DNA of 64,000 bases from an uncultured Planctomycetota bacterium (lineage in GTDB: Bacteria; Planctomycetota; Planctomycetia; Pirellulales; Lacipirellulaceae), in contig CAVRBU010000006.1 of the NCBI GenBank assembly GCA_963719315.1, forward strand, positions 64,001 through 128,000, read 5' to 3'. Position 1 is the first letter of the stretch, and the number at the start of each line of letters is the position of its first letter. Made by a program: the position numbers and the translations under genes. This document shows, piece after piece, positions 60,097 through 64,000 of the stretch. The notes under the pieces were generated by a model, which saw only the letters and a program-made list of their open reading frames with translations, made no database searches and was not told the DNA's origin.

Positions 60097-62088
60097 ATGA
60101 AATCTTCCATTCAATTTGTCGCTTGCTCTTCGTGCTTTATCATTCTGGGTCTCGCTCTCGGCTGCGGCTCGAAGAGCGATTCCAAATCGAATCCCAAGCC
60201 CGAGACTCCCTCCGCCCAGAATGAGTCCACGCCCTCTGCTGCTGAAAAAGACGCCGCGGCGCCCAAGCCCTTCAAGCTGGGCGACTTGTTGGCGCCCTTC
60301 ACGCCGCCGCCGCTCGCCGAGATTGACAAGACCGCAGGCTGGATCGACAACCCGGTCAAAAGTGGCATGGAGATCATGCGCAAGAAGCAGGAAGGACTCG
60401 GACCGCCGCCTGTCTCTGTCGAAGAAGCGCTCAAGCTCCGCAATGACTCGCCGGAGAATAACGCGAAGATTCTCGGCACGCTTAGCCGCCTCGCCCCGGC
60501 CGACAACGCCGGCGTCGATTTCGATGCGACGTTCGTCCGCCACGTGGCCGGCGACTTGAAAAGCACCAATCCGCTCTTAATCAGCAGCATCACTGAAAGT
60601 GATTATCTCGGCTTTACCGGGGTTGGTTTCATTTCATTCGACGAGAATTTCAATTACTTTGCGCCGAAAGATTCGGTGGTGTCGTGGCAGACGAGCAAAG
60701 ACCACATGATGGACAAGATCGTCATTCGCGCCGACCTTACTTGGTCCGACGGCAAGCCGGTCACCGCACACGACGTTGCTTTTTCGTTCAAGGTCATCAT
60801 GACCGAAGCCGTGCCGATTCTCGCCGTGCGCACCGGCACCGATCAGCTCAAATGGGTCGAAGCATACGACGACCACACGCTCGTCTATTTTCATAAAGCT
60901 GCCTTGGCAACGAATACCGGAAACATGTCGTTTCCGGTGATTCCCAAGCACATTTATGAAAAGTCGATTGCCGAAGATCCCACCATGGCGCGCAGCGAAT
61001 ATCACACTCGCCTCGAAGACCATCCGATTACGGCTGGCCCCTACGATCTCGTTAGCCGCGTTCGCAATCAGGAGTTCGTCGTCCGCCGTCGCGAGAGCTA
61101 CTACATGCACGACGGCGAGCAAGTTCGCGACAAGCCGTACTTCAAAGAGGTCCGTGTCAAAGTCATCGAAGACTTCAACACGGCTCTGTTAGCACTTAAA
61201 GCCGGCCAAATTGAAGAGATGGAAATTCGCGCCGAACAGTGGGCGAACCAAACCAGCGGCGACGATTTCTACAAATACAATACGAAGGTAACGGCACCCG
61301 AATGGACGGAGTTCCATTTCACTTGGAATATGAAGTCGCCCTATTTCGAGGACAAGCGCGTTCGCCAGGCGATGTCGTACGCGTTCGATTACGAAGAATT
61401 TCTGAACAAAATCGCGCACGGCATCTATCAGCCCTGCCGTGGCACATTTCATCCTGATGCGTGGTATTTCCCCAGGCAAAACGCTCCTCAACCCTATCAC
61501 CAGGATTTGGATAAAGCTGAGGACCTCTTAGATGCAGCCGGCTGGAAAGATACCGACGGCGATGGCATTCGCGACAAGGAAATCAACGGTCGACGCGTGC
61601 CGTTTGTGTTCTCGCTGCTCACCTTCCAAACCGAGACCGCGCTGCAATGCGCGACGCTGATGAAGGAATGCCTGGCGAAGATTGGCATCACTTGCAACGT
61701 GAAGCCGACCGAATTCACTGTGCTCTACGACAACCTCCAACACCACAAGTTCGAGGCCTCGTTTGCCGGCCTGGGCACGGGAACCGATCCCGATCTGGCA
61801 GCGAACATTTTCGTGACCGATGAAGCGCGCAACGACGCTCAGTATTCCAATAAACGCGTCGATGAGCTGTTCATCCAAGGCCGCCACGAATTCGATCACG
61901 ATAAGCGCGCCGCGATCTATGGCGAGATTGCCAATATTCTCTGGGAAGACCAACCCAACACATGGCTGTTCTACCGCAACGCGTTTTACGGCTTCAACAA
62001 GAAAATCCGCGGGTACAATTTCTCGCCCAAAGGCCCCTACGACTTCAGCCCTGGTTTCGAAAGCGTCTATCGCGCGACGGGGCCATAG
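60097..62088 (+). CDS. ABC transporter peptide-binding lipoprotein (family 5)
   Basis: LALGC lipobox; WSDGKPVTAHDVAFS, GPY, DKRVRQAM, LLDAAGW. Confidence 0.92.
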   Translation: MKSSIQFVACSSCFIILGLALGCGSKSDSKSNPKPETPSAQNESTPSAAEKDAAAPKPFKLGDLLAPFTPPPLAEIDKTAGWIDNPVKSGMEIMRKKQEGLGPPPVSVEEALKLRNDSPENNAKILGTLSRLAPADNAGVDFDATFVRHVAGDLKSTNPLLISSITESDYLGFTGVGFISFDENFNYFAPKDSVVSWQTSKDHMMDKIVIRADLTWSDGKPVTAHDVAFSFKVIMTEAVPILAVRTGTDQLKWVEAYDDHTLVYFHKAALATNTGNMSFPVIPKHIYEKSIAEDPTMARSEYHTRLEDHPITAGPYDLVSRVRNQEFVVRRRESYYMHDGEQVRDKPYFKEVRVKVIEDFNTALLALKAGQIEEMEIRAEQWANQTSGDDFYKYNTKVTAPEWTEFHFTWNMKSPYFEDKRVRQAMSYAFDYEEFLNKIAHGIYQPCRGTFHPDAWYFPRQNAPQPYHQDLDKAEDLLDAAGWKDTDGDGIRDKEINGRRVPFVFSLLTFQTETALQCATLMKECLAKIGITCNVKPTEFTVLYDNLQHHKFEASFAGLGTGTDPDLAANIFVTDEARNDAQYSNKRVDELFIQGRHEFDHDKRAAIYGEIANILWEDQPNTWLFYRNAFYGFNKKIRGYNFSPKGPYDFSPGFESVYRATGP

Positions 62089-62192
62089 GCCTACGAATGC
62101 AAGGCAGAATTGCGCCGACCATCGATATATCTGGCCAGGGCGGAAGAATGAAAGAGGTAGATCGTTAGTGTTCTCTGCCGGCGTCTCTCATC

Positions 62193-63176
62193 ATGTTCAA
62201 CTACATCGTTCGCCGAGTCGCGCTGGGATTGCTGACGTTGCTGCTGATCTCATTCCTCGTCTACGCGCTAATCCGTCACATCCCAGGCACGCCGCTCACC
62301 ACCGACCCGGCGATGATGAATCCTGGTAAGATTCCCAGCAAAGCTGATATCCATCGCTGGGAAAAACTCTACGGCCTCGATGAACCCTGGTATCAGGCCT
62401 ACTTTGTTTGGCTTGGCAATGTGGTACGTCTCGATTTTGGCCGCTCGATTCCTCAGAACAATAAGCCGGTCGCGCAACTTATCATCGAGCGCGCCCCTGC
62501 TACGCTTCTGCTGTCCGTCACCTCGATTACGCTCAGCTATCTGCTCTCCATTCCACTCGGTCTGTGGGTGACGGTTCGTGCCGGCACCATGCGCGAACGC
62601 ACCGTGAGCACACTGCTGTACATGTTGTACTCATTACCGTCGTTCGTGGCCGCGTTGTATCTGCAGCTTTTGTTTTTCTCCAAGCTTGGCTGGCTCCCGC
62701 TATTCGGTATGTACAGCGACAACTTCGCCACACTTTCCACCGCCGGCAAAGCCTGGGATGTATTGAAGCACGCGATCATGCCGATCACGTGCTTTACTTA
62801 CGGTACGCTCGCCTTCGACACGCGCTTCATCCAGGCAAATATGCAGGAAGTGATTCGGCAGGATTATATTCGCACCGCCCGTGCGAAAGGTGTCCCGCCG
62901 CTCCGCGTTCTTTGGCATCACGCGTTTCGCAACACCCTGATCCCGTTTGTAACACTGCTCGGTCTTACGCTGCCCAGCCTCCTCGGCGGCGCAGTAATTC
63001 TCGAACAGATTTTCGGCTGGCCCGGCATGGGCCGCCTGTATTTCGAAGCCATCGGCCAACGCGACTACGACACGATCATGGGCCTGACACTGATGTTCAG
63101 CGTCCTCACGCTCCTAGGACAACTGCTCGCAGACATACTTTACGCCGTCGTCGATCCCCGCGTTACGCTTCATTAA
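62193..63176 (+). CDS. Opp/Dpp ABC permease (B subunit)
   Basis: YIVRR, LDFGRS, DYIRTARAKG, EQIFGWPGMG, DPRV. Confidence 0.94.
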   Translation: MFNYIVRRVALGLLTLLLISFLVYALIRHIPGTPLTTDPAMMNPGKIPSKADIHRWEKLYGLDEPWYQAYFVWLGNVVRLDFGRSIPQNNKPVAQLIIERAPATLLLSVTSITLSYLLSIPLGLWVTVRAGTMRERTVSTLLYMLYSLPSFVAALYLQLLFFSKLGWLPLFGMYSDNFATLSTAGKAWDVLKHAIMPITCFTYGTLAFDTRFIQANMQEVIRQDYIRTARAKGVPPLRVLWHHAFRNTLIPFVTLLGLTLPSLLGGAVILEQIFGWPGMGRLYFEAIGQRDYDTIMGLTLMFSVLTLLGQLLADILYAVVDPRVTLH

Positions 63177-63214
63177 ATCTTTCGCCGCTCGCTCCTCGCA
63201 ACTTGCCCCTCGTC

Positions 63215-64000
63215 ATGAGTACCGTCCCGCAACTCGAGCCGCTGCCCGTGCCTCCGCCTTCGCCCCAGGAGGTGGCGGCCGGGGAGCGCGCACCCGCGGT
63301 TGGCTACTGGCGCGAAACCTGGCGACACTTCCGCCGCCGCAAGCTCAGCATGATCGCGCTCGCGTTCGTGAGCTTCCTCTGCCTGGTTGCGATCTTTTCC
63401 CCGGCCATCGTCGGCACGAAGCCGATCATCTGCAAGTACAAGGGTCATATCTATTTCCCGTGCCTCGGCTATTTCGTGCGCAGCTGGGAGAATCCCGTCT
63501 TCGTCAACGATCGTTTTCGCAACATCTACAGCACGTCGCTGAAACCAAAAGACCCCGATAGTTGGGCAATCTGGCCGTTGGTGTACCAAGATCCCTACCG
63601 CCGCGTGCGCGGTGACGAGTGGCCCGGCCAACCAGGTAATCCTCTCAGTGTTCAAGGTGAACCTAGCCGCCTGAATTGGTTCGGCACCGACCAGCAAGGC
63701 TTCGATGTCTTCGCCCAAATGGTGCACGGCACGCAGATCGCGCTCAGCGTGGGCTTTGTCTCCATGACCATCGCCGCAGCGATCGGTATAACGTTCGGCG
63801 CACTCGCCGGCTATCTCGGCGGTTGGGTCGATATGCTCATCAGCCGGTTGATCGAAGTCGTCATGTGCATCCCCACGCTAGTGCTCATTCTGGCGATCGT
63901 TGCAATGCTCGATCACGTCTCCAACTATCATCTTATGGCGATCGTCGGCATCACGAGTTGGACCGGCATCGCCCGCCTCACCCGCGCCGAATTCATGCGG
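63215..64000 (+). CDS. Opp/Dpp ABC permease (C subunit), runs off the window
   Basis: Read by hand from ATG 63215: GYWRETWRHFRR, WFGTDQQGFD, AGYLGGWVD, WTGIARLTRAEF. Confidence 0.9.
   Translation, partial: MSTVPQLEPLPVPPPSPQEVAAGERAPAVGYWRETWRHFRRRKLSMIALAFVSFLCLVAIFSPAIVGTKPIICKYKGHIYFPCLGYFVRSWENPVFVNDRFRNIYSTSLKPKDPDSWAIWPLVYQDPYRRVRGDEWPGQPGNPLSVQGEPSRLNWFGTDQQGFDVFAQMVHGTQIALSVGFVSMTIAAAIGITFGALAGYLGGWVDMLISRLIEVVMCIPTLVLILAIVAMLDHVSNYHLMAIVGITSWTGIARLTRAEFMR

Overview
GC-rich bacterial window, most likely Planctomycetota (Pirellulales-like). This is inferred from the PVC-type CxxCH/HEAT protein, DUF1579, LRR and PQQ-propeller proteins, three ECF sigma factors and a HemD-HemE fusion. 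Gene order: 3' part of a Cu(I) P1B ATPase; a small AT-richer island with an unusually long IS110/IS1111-type recombinase and an HNH nuclease; an ECF42 sigma factor with two matching promoters and a YciI/VOC/SRPBCC/DoxX/beta-propeller/MoaD cluster; a hybrid kinase; a GDPD + sn-glycerol-1-phosphate dehydrogenase + GlpT-like operon; ECF/anti-sigma/PDZ; lgt (PDZ insert)-panC-folK; a candidate sRNA locus; hemD-hemE; a REP-associated tyrosine transposase with its REPs and a 98/99-bp tandem array; LOG, Tex, TadE-like, LRR and Gfo/Idh/MocA genes; a second ECF/anti-sigma pair; sppA, rlmN, three FliL-like genes; a Cys-rich protein and an OprO/P porin; a large heme c protein; and an Opp/Dpp ABC operon. 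Intergenic DNA carries many distinct REP/REPIN and MITE families, some nested inside each other. About ten apparent small frameshifts in otherwise intact genes suggest assembly indel errors. No rRNA, tRNA or CRISPR array was seen. All family assignments come from motif recognition by eye; no database search was run.
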